This document shows, piece by piece, positions 9,646 through 19,945 of a stretch of DNA of 64,000 bases (its first letter is position 1; every line of letters starts with the position of its first letter). Source of the DNA: Selenomonadaceae bacterium (GTDB lineage Bacteria > Bacillota > Negativicutes > Selenomonadales > Selenomonadaceae). The stretch is taken from contig JAFUZV010000115.1 of NCBI GenBank assembly GCA_017476425.1, forward strand, positions 17,349 through 81,348, written 5' to 3'. Position numbers and translations under genes: made by a program. The notes below the pieces were generated by a model that searched no databases, had not been told where the DNA came from, and saw only the letters and a list, made by a program, of their open reading frames with translations.

Positions 9646-10536
9646 TTATTCGTGAATTATAAAAGCATAACCGGCATCAAAAGATTCACCCGCAGGCAAT
9701 GAATGAATGCCATCTTTTTCGCTAATATCGCCTTTAAAATCAATAAAATCTGCGTGACCGTGCCAAGGTTCAATGCAAATGAATGGCGCACCACCTTTGT
9801 CAGGTGTCCAAATTCCCCAAAATGGAAAACCTTTAGCCTTGACGGTAATAGATTTTTTGCTTTTGCGGGAACATACAGAAACTTCATCAGACTGCAAATT
9901 ATCAAATACAAGTGCATCGCCTTTAAAAAGATCGTAATTCAAAGCCAATTCTTTACCGTAAATAGTCGCTATTCTTTCGTGAGTTAATGCGCCGCTTTTC
10001 ATATCAATCGGTATACGAGAACATTTTTCAGAAACATTGAATTTCAAATAGCAATCTTCAAAATTTTCACCGTCAACGATCGGACATTTCAAAGCCGGAT
10101 GCGCACCTATTGAAAAGTACATAACTTTGTCATCAACATTTTTGACAGTCCAAATAACCTCAACACGATTTTTTCTCAAGATATAAGTAATTTCAAGACG
10201 AAATTTAAACGGATAACTTTTTAAAGTCTCTTCGTTCCAATCAAGCGCAAAAACTACTTCATCTGACGATTCACTAATACATTGATAATCAGAAATTCTT
10301 CCAAAACCGTGACCAGGCATTGAAAATTCTTTGCCATCAACACGATATTTACTATCAACTAATTTACCAACGATCGGGAAAAGTACAGGTGAAGTATATT
10401 TCCACCATTTTGGATCGCCATTGAAAAGATATTCTGTATTATCAGAAACACCGATTATTGATTTAAGTTCAGCACCGTGATCGTCAATAGTGATTTTAAG
10501 AATATCATTTTTCAAAGTATGGATCATAATTTTCAC
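9646..10536 (-). CDS. Aldose 1-epimerase family protein (LacX/mutarotase-like)
   Basis: 296-aa ORF. The pattern FPIVGKL.., PGHGFGR, IGAHPA, CIEPWHG matches the mutarotase-fold signature residues. Confidence 0.8.
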   Translation of the reverse strand: MKIMIHTLKNDILKITIDDHGAELKSIIGVSDNTEYLFNGDPKWWKYTSPVLFPIVGKLVDSKYRVDGKEFSMPGHGFGRISDYQCISESSDEVVFALDWNEETLKSYPFKFRLEITYILRKNRVEVIWTVKNVDDKVMYFSIGAHPALKCPIVDGENFEDCYLKFNVSEKCSRIPIDMKSGALTHERIATIYGKELALNYDLFKGDALVFDNLQSDEVSVCSRKSKKSITVKAKGFPFWGIWTPDKGGAPFICIEPWHGHADFIDFKGDISEKDGIHSLPAGESFDAGYAFIIHE

Positions 10537-10616
10537 CTCTCAAATTAAACTAAAATCAAAATACTTTCTTAAATTGTTTATTAATTTCGTTCACAGTTTA
10601 AATTTTCCTTCTATAC

Positions 10617-10645
10617 TTGCAAAAAATTATATTATGCTTTAAAAT
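10617..10645 (+). promoter_or_regulatory. Sigma-70-type promoter candidate for the ATPase gene
   Basis: TTGCAA (10617-10622), 17-nt spacer, TAAAAT (10640-10645), 24 nt before the ATG at 10670. Confidence 0.45.
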
Positions 10646-10669
10646 ATTTGTTGAAGAGGTGATATATTT

Positions 10670-11866
10670 ATGAATACGACAATTAATAAAATATACTTGC
10701 AAAAATTGTTACAAGCTAAAGATGCTTTCTCTATAAAAATAATTACCGGCATTCGTGGCATTGGTAAAACTGAATTGCTTTTGAATTTTGCTGAAGAATT
10801 AAAAAATCAAGGTATACCTTCAGAACAGATCATTTATATTAATTTTGATAATGATGAAAATATTTTCGATTTTCAGCAGCTTTATGAATTTGTAAATGAA
10901 AAAATTGCATATTTTGAACAGGCTTATTTATTGTTTGATGAAATTCAACAAGTAACCGGCTGGGAAAAAGCAATTAACGCATTTTTTGTAGGTTCACCAG
11001 TAGATATTTATATTGCTTCGTCAACTAATGAAATTTTATCTGAAGACTTTTTGCATCTTTTATCAGAGCACTATGAATTAATTCAAATTTGTCCTGTATC
11101 ATTAAATTTGATTAAAGAAAATTCTAAATACACCTTAGAAAAATACAAAAAATTTGGTGGACTTCCTATTATTATGAAACTTCAAGATAGAGAAGAAGTT
11201 TTATCAACAATGTTAATGGGAATTTACAATACTATTTTGAACAAAGAAATTATTTCTCGTTATAGTGTTCGTGATTCAATTTTGCTTGAGTATATAATTA
11301 AATTTCTTGCTTTGAATATAGGAAAGGCTATTACTCCAAAAGCTATTGAAAAATATCTTTCTAATGTCAATCGCACTACAACCGGTTATACTATAGAAAA
11401 TTATTTAAATATGATCGATAAGTCCGGCTTATTTCACAAAATTTCAAGGTATGATATAAAAAATAGAACTCAAATCAACGGCTCAGAACGTTTTTTATGT
11501 TCGGATATTGGCATAAGAAATTTTCTTTCGGACTTTTCAGATCTTGAAAATGAGGCTATAATAAAAAATGTTGTCTGTATAGAACTTTTGCGACGTGGTT
11601 ATAAAATTTTTAGTGGTAAAATTAACAGAATGGACATAGATTTTGTTGCATTTAAGAATGACAATCCGATTTACTTTCAAGTTACTTCTAAGATCGAAAG
11701 CAATAAAAATTTGAAAAAAATAATTTCGCCTCTAAAAAAAATTCGTGATCAATATGATAAAATTATTTTGTCTATGGAAGAAAGTCAAGATGTCGTTGAT
11801 TATGATGGCGTTAAGATTTTTAATATTTTTGATTATTTTAATAGTGATTTTTTGACAAGTTTTTGA
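10670..11866 (+). CDS. AAA-type ATPase with DUF4143-like C-terminal domain
   Basis: 398-aa ORF. Walker A ITGIRGIGKTELL and Walker B-like YLLFDEIQ. Overall AAA_14 + DUF4143 architecture as recalled from memory. Confidence 0.65.
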   Translation: MNTTINKIYLQKLLQAKDAFSIKIITGIRGIGKTELLLNFAEELKNQGIPSEQIIYINFDNDENIFDFQQLYEFVNEKIAYFEQAYLLFDEIQQVTGWEKAINAFFVGSPVDIYIASSTNEILSEDFLHLLSEHYELIQICPVSLNLIKENSKYTLEKYKKFGGLPIIMKLQDREEVLSTMLMGIYNTILNKEIISRYSVRDSILLEYIIKFLALNIGKAITPKAIEKYLSNVNRTTTGYTIENYLNMIDKSGLFHKISRYDIKNRTQINGSERFLCSDIGIRNFLSDFSDLENEAIIKNVVCIELLRRGYKIFSGKINRMDIDFVAFKNDNPIYFQVTSKIESNKNLKKIISPLKKIRDQYDKIILSMEESQDVVDYDGVKIFNIFDYFNSDFLTSF

Positions 11867-11897
11867 ATTATAACTCAGAAAATTTGAGGTGTTTATT

Positions 11898-12353
11898 ATG
11901 GCAGAAAGAGAAATTAAATTTCGTGGTCTGAAAACGTTTCAAATCTTCAGTGGCGAAATTAAAAGGGTATGGATTTATGGCTTTTATTTAAAACGCGGCA
12001 CTTATGGTGATCCTGGACCTCAAGCACATATATTTGTATATGAAAACGGCTATGAAGGCTATAGAGTTGATGAAAAGACGATAGGACAATTTACAGGATA
12101 TTTTGATCGTGATGATAATGAAATTTATGAAGATGATATAGTTTCTCTTGATGATGGCAGAAATGGCGTTATAGATTTTTTTCGTGGTGCTTTTGTAATT
12201 CGTATAGGTAAGACAAAAATCCCAAAATTTTTAGCTGACTTTCGTAAATGGCAAATTAAAATTATCGGTAATCGTTTTGAAAATCCTGATCTCTTAGCTG
12301 AAATTTTCAAAGATCAATCATTAAAGATCAAGAAAAAAAGAGGTGTAAAATAA
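11898..12353 (+). CDS. YopX family (phage-derived) protein
   Basis: ATG at 11898 lies 6 nt after GAGGTG. REIKFRG near the N-terminus, GQFTGYFDRDDNEIYEDDIV and the C-terminal IIGNRFENPDLL are the YopX hallmarks. Confidence 0.7.
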   Translation: MAEREIKFRGLKTFQIFSGEIKRVWIYGFYLKRGTYGDPGPQAHIFVYENGYEGYRVDEKTIGQFTGYFDRDDNEIYEDDIVSLDDGRNGVIDFFRGAFVIRIGKTKIPKFLADFRKWQIKIIGNRFENPDLLAEIFKDQSLKIKKKRGVK

Positions 12354-12355
12354 AA

Positions 12356-12850
12356 ATGTTTAAGAATATTACAAAGAAAATTTTGGCAGGTGTAATGCTT
12401 GCCAGTTTTTTTTTAATAGACAATGTTGCAAATGCTTATGATCTGCCTGAAATAAAAATTGAAAATCCTAAAAAAGTAACTAAAAATAAAACTACAACAG
12501 AAAAAAATGACAAAACTAAAAAATCTGTGCCGTTAATGGATAAGAATTATATATTTATAGGAAAATACAAAGGTATGAATTACTATCTTGATCGATATTC
12601 AATTAAAATCAAGAAAAATAAATCTAACACTCGCAGTTGGACTCAATTTATTTTTCCGATTGGCGTTGAAGTAAAACCAATAAATTCTCGATCTACACTT
12701 CAAAAATTTTTCTTTGATGGTGAATTAGCTTATAATTCGACTCGCAAAAAAAATTTGATTGATGAAATTGAGAATGAAGAAGACAAAAATTTTTTAATGA
12801 ATTGTTTCAAAATCGGTTATCAAACTGCTTTTGAGGAGAGTATAAAATAG
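12356..12850 (+). CDS. Hypothetical secreted protein (signal peptide)
   Basis: 164-aa ORF starting 2 nt after the yopX stop. N-terminal KKILAGVMLASFFLIDNVANA signal-like segment followed by a Lys/Thr-rich linker. No family recognised. Confidence 0.4.
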   Translation: MFKNITKKILAGVMLASFFLIDNVANAYDLPEIKIENPKKVTKNKTTTEKNDKTKKSVPLMDKNYIFIGKYKGMNYYLDRYSIKIKKNKSNTRSWTQFIFPIGVEVKPINSRSTLQKFFFDGELAYNSTRKKNLIDEIENEEDKNFLMNCFKIGYQTAFEESIK

Positions 12851-12914
12851 AAAAAACTTAACTATATCTATAAAATTTTGCAGTATAACAAAAATCTGAT
12901 CTATATTTATAATA

Positions 12915-14315
12915 TTGGTGATTAAATTGAAACTATGTAAAGGAAAAATCATTCGAGTTCAACCTAAAAGTCTTGCTGAAGAAATTGATCTTAAAATTGG
13001 AGATAGTATAATAGAAATTAATGGTCGAAAGTTGTCTGACATAATAGATTTGAGTTTTGAACTTGCTGACGAAGAAATAGAACTGTTGATTGAACACGCA
13101 AATGGTGAGCGTGAAATTATTGCTTTTGATAAAGATATTGATGAAGAACTTGGCGTTGAATTTGAATCTGCAGTGTTTGACGGTATTCATTGTTGTAAAA
13201 ATCATTGTGTATTTTGTTTTGTTGATATGATTGCTCCAAAAATGCGCCGAACGCTTTCGATTAAAGACGATGATTATAGAATGTCTTTTTTATATGGCAA
13301 TTTTATAACGCTGACGAATTTGACTGATAATGATTATAAGCGAATTAAGCAATTTCATTTATCGCCGTTGTTTGTTTCAATTCACGCTATGAATCCTAAA
13401 ATTCGTGCAAAAATGTTAAGAACGCCGCTTGCTGAAAAAATCGTTGAACATCTTGACAAATTAGAAAATGCCGGAGTTGAATATCATACACAAGTTGTAC
13501 TATGTGAAGGTCTTAACGACAGTGAAGAGTTGGAAAGGACAATTAGCGAACTTGTGAAACGTCGTCCCAATGTTTTGTCTCTTGCAATAGTTCCAGTCGG
13601 TATCACTAAACACAGGCGTGATAAATTTCCGCTTAAACAATTTGATCGCACTGGTGCAATAAAAGTTATTGAACAGGTTGAACGTTGGCAAAAAAAATTG
13701 CGTCGTGAAACGGGAAAAACTTTTATTTATTTAGGTGATGAATTTTATATTCTTGCTGATCGTGAAATGCCGCCGGTTGAATTTTATGATGATTTTCCGC
13801 AACTTGATAATGGAATAGGTTTAACAAGAAGTTTTATCAGTGATTGGGAAAATGAGCCGATTACTACAAATGAATATATAAAAATGACAAATATTGATGT
13901 TATAGCTGGAATTTCTATTGCTCCGACGTTGAAAAAATTATCAAATGAGATAGTACACCTTAAAAATAATTTAAATATTCGTGTTTTGCCCGTCATAAAT
14001 GATTTTTTTGGCGATACCGTTAATGTTTCTGGTCTTTTAACGGGTATTGATATAATTAATACTTTAAAATCAGTTGGCGGCGAGCGTGACGGCATTTTGA
14101 TTCCAGAATCTGCTTTACGAAGTGGTGAAAATATTTTCCTTGATGATATTACACTTGATGAATTTAAGAAAAATTTTCCAGGTATAAAGATTGAAACTGT
14201 TCAATCTGGTGCAGAATTTAAGAGAGCCTTAATGGATTTTCACAGCTATAAAAAATTACGTGTTGAAGAATCAGCGTATATGTGGCAAAGCAATGCAGGT
14301 TATACTAAAATTTAA
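12915..14315 (+). CDS. PDZ + radical-SAM-like + DUF512 domain protein
   Basis: 466-aa ORF. N-terminal PDZ-like segment (IGDSIIEINGRKL), Cys cluster CCKNHCVFCFVD, and the C-terminal DUF512-type region. Start is uncertain (TTG 12915, GTG 12918 or TTG 12927). Confidence 0.7.
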   Translation: MVIKLKLCKGKIIRVQPKSLAEEIDLKIGDSIIEINGRKLSDIIDLSFELADEEIELLIEHANGEREIIAFDKDIDEELGVEFESAVFDGIHCCKNHCVFCFVDMIAPKMRRTLSIKDDDYRMSFLYGNFITLTNLTDNDYKRIKQFHLSPLFVSIHAMNPKIRAKMLRTPLAEKIVEHLDKLENAGVEYHTQVVLCEGLNDSEELERTISELVKRRPNVLSLAIVPVGITKHRRDKFPLKQFDRTGAIKVIEQVERWQKKLRRETGKTFIYLGDEFYILADREMPPVEFYDDFPQLDNGIGLTRSFISDWENEPITTNEYIKMTNIDVIAGISIAPTLKKLSNEIVHLKNNLNIRVLPVINDFFGDTVNVSGLLTGIDIINTLKSVGGERDGILIPESALRSGENIFLDDITLDEFKKNFPGIKIETVQSGAEFKRALMDFHSYKKLRVEESAYMWQSNAGYTKI

Positions 14316-14342
14316 AGGTATAATTATAAAATAGGTAATAAT

Positions 14343-15071
14343 ATGAGTGAAGAAAGATTACAAAAAATTTTGAGCCGTGCAGGTATTGCTTCACGACGTG
14401 AGGCTGAAAAAATGATTTTAGAAGGTAGAGTTAGTGTAAACGACAAAATTATAAATAAACTTGGTCAAAAATTTGAAAGTACAACTTGTAAAATTTGCGT
14501 TGACGGAAAAATCATTTCGCAAGTTGAATCAAAAATTTACATTTTACTAAATAAACCTAAAAATATTATTTCATCTGTAAAAGACGATCGTGGAAGAACA
14601 ACAGTTATAGATTTGATCACTGATATTAAAGAAAGAATTTATCCTGTTGGGAGACTTGATTTTGATACTGAAGGTTTAATATTGTTGACAAATGACGGTG
14701 AATTAATGAATGCTTTATTGCATCCAAAATTTCAAATTAATAAAACATACCTTGCAAAAATCACAGGTACAATAACAGAAGATAAATTAATTAAATTACG
14801 AACAGGAATAAAACTTGATGACGGTATAACAGCACCTGCAACAGTCGATGTGATTAAAAACTTAGGTACAACTTCAAAAATTGAAATTACAATTCACGAA
14901 GGGCGAAATCGTCAAATTAGAAGAATGTTATCTGCGATCGGCTGTGAAGTTAAAAGTTTAAAACGTATAAAATTTGCTAATTTATCGATCTATGGATTAA
15001 AAAGTGGTGAATATAGACAATTAACTGAAATGGAAATTAATAATTTGTACAAATTAACATCTTTGAGGTAA
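14343..15071 (+). CDS. rluB: 23S rRNA pseudouridine synthase, RsuA/RluB family
   Basis: 242-aa ORF. S4 domain (RLQKILSRAGIASRREAEKMILEGRVSVN) and catalytic motif YPVGRLDFDTEGLILLTNDGEL. Confidence 0.85.
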   Translation: MSEERLQKILSRAGIASRREAEKMILEGRVSVNDKIINKLGQKFESTTCKICVDGKIISQVESKIYILLNKPKNIISSVKDDRGRTTVIDLITDIKERIYPVGRLDFDTEGLILLTNDGELMNALLHPKFQINKTYLAKITGTITEDKLIKLRTGIKLDDGITAPATVDVIKNLGTTSKIEITIHEGRNRQIRRMLSAIGCEVKSLKRIKFANLSIYGLKSGEYRQLTEMEINNLYKLTSLR

Positions 15072-15075
15072 TATT

Positions 15076-16407
15076 ATGCTTAAAAAATTTGTAACAGATG
15101 ATCAAATTCAAAATGTGATTGATGGCTTAAATAAAATTTATGATCAGATGAAGATCAAAAATAAATTCTCAGCGTTGGAAATTAAGAATTTTATGGAATC
15201 ATATTTTGAAAAATCCGGCTATCGTGAAAAAAATAAGTCTTCTAAAAATAATAATATACTTGTAATTCACGATTCCGGAATTGGTGATTTTATAACTATA
15301 TCTGCATTTTTGAGAGAATTAAGGCGAATTTATCCAAAGTCTCATATTGATTTACTGGTAAATAAAAAGGCTGTACCTTTAGCGGAAACTTGTCCATATA
15401 TTGATAATTTGATAGTTATTGATCTATACTTAGGAAAATTTGATGAGTTTTTTGAATTTTATCAATATGTGATGGACGTTGTTAGAGACTTATTGCATAG
15501 AAAAATTGATATTGCTTTCAATCTCGGTCAACATCCAGGATCAAATTTACTTGCTTATATGAGTGGCGCAAAAGAACGAATTAATAACGGAGCACATTCT
15601 GATCACAATGAATTTATTAATTTAGGCAAAATACCTTTTGATTATTTTTCAGAATTAATGACGACTGAAATTGATACTACAGATCTAAAAAATCCACATT
15701 ATAGTGAACTTTATATTTGTATCTTGAAAAATTATGCAAAGACTCGAATTAACAACAGAGAATTAGAAATTTGGTTTAGTCCGAATGATAGATTTTTAGC
15801 TGAAATTAATCTGCAGCGTTTTGACAACAAAAAAATTTATGCAATTTCACTCGGCGGAGGATTCAAAAATAAACATTGGAAAGCCGAAAATTTTGCAAAA
15901 TTAATAAATATGATTTTAAAAAACGAATCTGCGACTTTTGCAATTTTTGGCGGACCTTCTGAAATTGCAGATGCAGAAATTATTAAATCGATCGTTGACG
16001 AACAATTTATAATAGATTTCACAGGCAAATTTAATTATCGTCAAAGTATGGCGTTGTTAAATCTTTGTGATTGTTACATTGGAAATGATACCGGCTTAAT
16101 GCACGCCGCAACGGCTTTGAAAATTCCGGTTTTAACTCCGAATTGTTTTGCTAATGATATTGAAATGACACCCGCTTCATCTTTGCAAAGATATCATCCT
16201 TATAAAGTTCCTTCTGTTGTCGTTCGTCCAAAACATGCTTTGCCGGAATGTCAAAATTCGCCTTCTTCTGAAAGAATCATTACAGGCTGTACTGCTGATG
16301 AATCACATTGCATAAATCAAATTACACCTGAAAAAATGTTTGAAGGTTTACAATTATTAAATAAACAAATTGCTAAAAATGCAAAGGAGCCTTTATTTCT
16401 TTGTTGA
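15076..16407 (+). CDS. Glycosyltransferase family 9 (LPS heptosyltransferase-like) with N-terminal extension
   Basis: 443-aa ORF. ILVIHDSGIGDFITISAFLRELRRIYP and GNDTGLMHAATALKIPV are GT9 signature regions. Confidence 0.65.
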   Translation: MLKKFVTDDQIQNVIDGLNKIYDQMKIKNKFSALEIKNFMESYFEKSGYREKNKSSKNNNILVIHDSGIGDFITISAFLRELRRIYPKSHIDLLVNKKAVPLAETCPYIDNLIVIDLYLGKFDEFFEFYQYVMDVVRDLLHRKIDIAFNLGQHPGSNLLAYMSGAKERINNGAHSDHNEFINLGKIPFDYFSELMTTEIDTTDLKNPHYSELYICILKNYAKTRINNRELEIWFSPNDRFLAEINLQRFDNKKIYAISLGGGFKNKHWKAENFAKLINMILKNESATFAIFGGPSEIADAEIIKSIVDEQFIIDFTGKFNYRQSMALLNLCDCYIGNDTGLMHAATALKIPVLTPNCFANDIEMTPASSLQRYHPYKVPSVVVRPKHALPECQNSPSSERIITGCTADESHCINQITPEKMFEGLQLLNKQIAKNAKEPLFLC

Positions 16408-16409
16408 CT

Positions 16410-17642
16410 ATGAAAAAAATTATTGTTATAGGTGGCGGTGCAGCCGGTATGATGGCTGCGATAAGTGCTGCTGAATTATCAAAAAATATAATCTTACTTG
16501 AAAAAACTAATTTTCTTGGCAAAAAACTAAGTATAACAGGAAAAGGTCGTTGTAATATTACAAATTTTGCTGATATACCTGAAATAATTAAAAATATTCT
16601 GGGCAATGGTCGTTTTCTGAATAGCGTTTTGAAAAATTTTGACTCAAATGACACGATAAATTTTTTTGAATCGCTTGGTGTCAAAACAAAGATCGAACGT
16701 GGCAATAGAGTTTTTCCGATGAGTGATAACGCAAAAGAAGTTGTTGACGCTTTGATCAATAAAATGATCAATTTAGGCGTTGATATTCGTACAAATGCAA
16801 GAGTGACAAAAATTATAACTACAGATAAAAAAATTACAGGTGTTGAAATCAATAACAAAATTGAAAGTGCTGATGCTGTAATTTTAGCAACCGGCGGAGC
16901 GTCATATCCTGCAACCGGATCAACCGGTGACGGTTTTAAACTTGCTAAACAAGTTGGTCATACGATCACAAAAATTTTACCTGCACTTGTGCCGCTTGAG
17001 ACTGAAGAAGAATTTGTGAAAGATTTACAAGGTTTATCTTTAAAAAATGTCAGAGTTACACTTTTTGCAGACAATAAAAAAATCGCCGATGAATTTGGCG
17101 AAATGTTATTTACTCATTTTGGCGTATCCGGACCAATAATTTTATCGTTAAGTCGTCAAGTTTCATTTTTGTTGAGTGAAAATAAATTCGTTGAACTATC
17201 GATAAATTTAAAACCTGCATTAACGCCGGAACAATTATCAGCAAGAGTACTAAGAGACTTTGAAAAATTCAAGCGAAAATCAGCTAAAAATGCACTCGTC
17301 GATCTCTTACCTTCAAAATTAATTTCGGTGATTTTAGATCTAGCCTTTATCGACGAAGAAAAACATATAGATTCAATAACTCAAGCTGAACGGCGACGCT
17401 TGATCGAAATTCTGCGTGATCTGCGATTGACGATCACAAAAACAAGATCGATTGAAGAAGCGATTGTAACTGCCGGCGGAATTTCAACGAAAGAAATTAA
17501 TCCCAAAACGATGGAATCTAAAATTATCAGCGGATTATTTTTTGCAGGCGAAGTTGTCGACGTTGACGGTTTCACCGGTGGATTTAATTTACAAGCCGCT
17601 TTTGCAATGGCGAATGCTGCCGGAAAATTTAGTTGTACTTAA
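16410..17642 (+). CDS. HI0933/BaiN-like NAD(P)/FAD-dependent flavoprotein
   Basis: MKKIIVIGGGAAGMMAA dinucleotide-binding N-terminus; GKGRCNITN; C-terminal GLFFAGEVVDVDGFTGGFNLQAAF. The start could instead be the TTG at 16401. Confidence 0.8.
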   Translation: MKKIIVIGGGAAGMMAAISAAELSKNIILLEKTNFLGKKLSITGKGRCNITNFADIPEIIKNILGNGRFLNSVLKNFDSNDTINFFESLGVKTKIERGNRVFPMSDNAKEVVDALINKMINLGVDIRTNARVTKIITTDKKITGVEINNKIESADAVILATGGASYPATGSTGDGFKLAKQVGHTITKILPALVPLETEEEFVKDLQGLSLKNVRVTLFADNKKIADEFGEMLFTHFGVSGPIILSLSRQVSFLLSENKFVELSINLKPALTPEQLSARVLRDFEKFKRKSAKNALVDLLPSKLISVILDLAFIDEEKHIDSITQAERRRLIEILRDLRLTITKTRSIEEAIVTAGGISTKEINPKTMESKIISGLFFAGEVVDVDGFTGGFNLQAAFAMANAAGKFSCT

Positions 17643-17754
17643 AAAAATTTACAACTCGTTGAAGGATTTACAAAAATTTTTCTTAATGATAAAGGAATAT
17701 TCAACGATACATAGAAAAATGAATTTATAATGAATCTGAAAACGAGGTGAAAAT

Positions 17755-19023
17755 ATGAAGTCGAAATTAAAAATTTCAACGGCAATTCTAACAACGGCGA
17801 TCAGTTCGTTAGCCTTGTTTAATTCTTTGACGACGGCTGAACCCGTTTCTGAATTGCAAATGGCACAGCCTGCCGAAACAATCACAAATCAACAATCGAC
17901 AATAAATCCAAATTCCGGCTTAAATCCAGGTTACAGCATAACGCCGATTCAAAATACAAAGCCTGTTCCGCCAAATGACAAATTGCCGAATATGACGGCA
18001 ACTTCAGCGGTTGTCATTGAGGCTAAAACCGGACACATAATTTATCAACGTGATGCACATAGAAAAATGTTTCCTGCGTCAACAACGAAAATGATGACTT
18101 TGATAACTGCGCTTGAATACGGCAATCTTGACGAAATTGTAACTGTCAGCAATAATGCATCAGGTGCAGAAGGATCAACGCTTTGGCTTGAAGTCGGTGA
18201 AAAAATTCCACTCGGCGATCTTTTAAGCGGAATGATGATGATCAGCGGAAATGACGCGGCGATAGCGATCGCTGAACACGTTGACGGCAGTGTTCCGAAA
18301 TTTGCAGCTCATATGACTAAACGTGCAAAGGAACTCGGCGCAAAAGATACAAATTTCACTAATGCTAACGGTTTGCCCGATGAAAATCATTATACTACAG
18401 CTTATGATCTGGCGATTCTTGCCGCTTATGGTTATTCACTTGATCATTTTGAAGAGATCGTCAGCACTAAAGAAAAAATTTTTCCTTGGGTACATGATCC
18501 TGCTCATCTTTTACGCAATGAAAATCAAATGTTATGGCTTTATCAAGGTGGCAACGGCGTTAAAACCGGTTATACTGATGCCGCCGGTCGTTGCTTGATC
18601 TCTGCCTCTAATCGAAATGGCGTACAGTTGATCGCCGTCGTTCTTGATAGTGTTTATATGTGGAATGATTCTATTGCACTTTTGGATTATGGTTTTTCAA
18701 AGGTTGAAAACTCAACACTGATTAGATCAAATGAAACGGTTGATAACGTTCCGATAATTTCCGGTCGTAAACATACTATGCCGGTCAAGACGACTGATGA
18801 AATTGTTATGCCGGTTTTCAAAGATGACAATGAAGCATACAAAATTAATTATGATATACCTAGTTTTTTGCGTGCACCTATCAAAAAAGGTGATACAGTT
18901 GGAAAAGTTCGTGTTCTATGTGACGGTCAAGAAGTTGCAGAAACAAATGTTGTTGCAACCAGTGACGTTGAACAGAAATCTTTCTTTAAAATGATTCTGA
19001 ATGCGATTCAATCATTTTTCTAA
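17755..19023 (+). CDS. Serine-type D-alanyl-D-alanine carboxypeptidase (PBP5-like)
   Basis: 422-aa ORF with GAGGTG SD and a signal peptide. SxxK (ASTTKMMT), SxN (SGNDAA) and KTG (VKTGYT) motifs are present in the correct order. Confidence 0.85.
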   Translation: MKSKLKISTAILTTAISSLALFNSLTTAEPVSELQMAQPAETITNQQSTINPNSGLNPGYSITPIQNTKPVPPNDKLPNMTATSAVVIEAKTGHIIYQRDAHRKMFPASTTKMMTLITALEYGNLDEIVTVSNNASGAEGSTLWLEVGEKIPLGDLLSGMMMISGNDAAIAIAEHVDGSVPKFAAHMTKRAKELGAKDTNFTNANGLPDENHYTTAYDLAILAAYGYSLDHFEEIVSTKEKIFPWVHDPAHLLRNENQMLWLYQGGNGVKTGYTDAAGRCLISASNRNGVQLIAVVLDSVYMWNDSIALLDYGFSKVENSTLIRSNETVDNVPIISGRKHTMPVKTTDEIVMPVFKDDNEAYKINYDIPSFLRAPIKKGDTVGKVRVLCDGQEVAETNVVATSDVEQKSFFKMILNAIQSFF

Positions 19024-19057
19024 CTGTAACTGAAAAATTTTACAGGAAGTGAATTTT

Positions 19058-19945
19058 ATGGATTTTTTTCACCAGTTTATACAACAATTAATCAATGGCG
19101 TTTCACTCGGCAGCATTTACGCTTTGATCGCTCTTGGTTATACGATGATCTACGGAATAATCAAGCTGATCAATTTTGCACACGGTGACGTTTATATGTT
19201 CGGTGCTTACATTGGATTTTTTGCGATTTCAATGTTACACCTGCCGATCATTCCGGCGTTGTTGATCTCAATGGTCATAACGGCTTGTCTTGGAATGCTG
19301 ATCGAAAAAATTGCTTATAAACCATTGCGTCACGCTCCAAGAATTTCTTTATTGATCACGGCGATCGGCGTTTCATTCTTTCTTGAATATGTAACAATGT
19401 ATTTTGTAACTCCAACGCCGAGAACTTTTCCGAATGTCATTGAAAATATTTCATTCAATTTCGGCGGTTTCATTATCAACGGTCAACAACTTCTGATCTT
19501 AGGAATTACGATCGTTTTGATGGCGATTTTAACTTATATTGTCCAAAAAACGAAAGTCGGTAAAGCAATGAGAGCGGCATCATTTGATACTGAAACGGCA
19601 CAATTAATGGGTATAAATTCCGATCAGATCATTTCATTGACATTCTGCATAGGATCAGCACTTGCGGCAGCCGCCGGCGTTTTAGTCGGTGTCTATTACA
19701 ATACTATTGATCCGTTGATGGGTATAATGCCCGGCTTGAAAGCCTTTGTTGCAGCAGTCTTAGGCGGAATTGGAATTTTACCGGGTGCAGTCGTCGGTGG
19801 TATCATTTTAGGCGTAATTGAAGCACTTGTATCCGGTTTTCTCTCGTCAACGTTTAGAGATGCAGCGGCCTTTGCGATCTTGATCCTTGTACTTTTGATC
19901 AAGCCTTCCGGTCTCTTCGGTAAAAATACTAATGAAAAGGTTTAA
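19058..19945 (+). CDS. livH: Branched-chain amino acid ABC transporter permease LivH
   Basis: ATG at 19058 after AGGAAGTGA. QQLINGVSLGSIYALIALGYTMIYG is the LivH N-terminal signature. Confidence 0.85.
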   Translation: MDFFHQFIQQLINGVSLGSIYALIALGYTMIYGIIKLINFAHGDVYMFGAYIGFFAISMLHLPIIPALLISMVITACLGMLIEKIAYKPLRHAPRISLLITAIGVSFFLEYVTMYFVTPTPRTFPNVIENISFNFGGFIINGQQLLILGITIVLMAILTYIVQKTKVGKAMRAASFDTETAQLMGINSDQIISLTFCIGSALAAAAGVLVGVYYNTIDPLMGIMPGLKAFVAAVLGGIGILPGAVVGGIILGVIEALVSGFLSSTFRDAAAFAILILVLLIKPSGLFGKNTNEKV

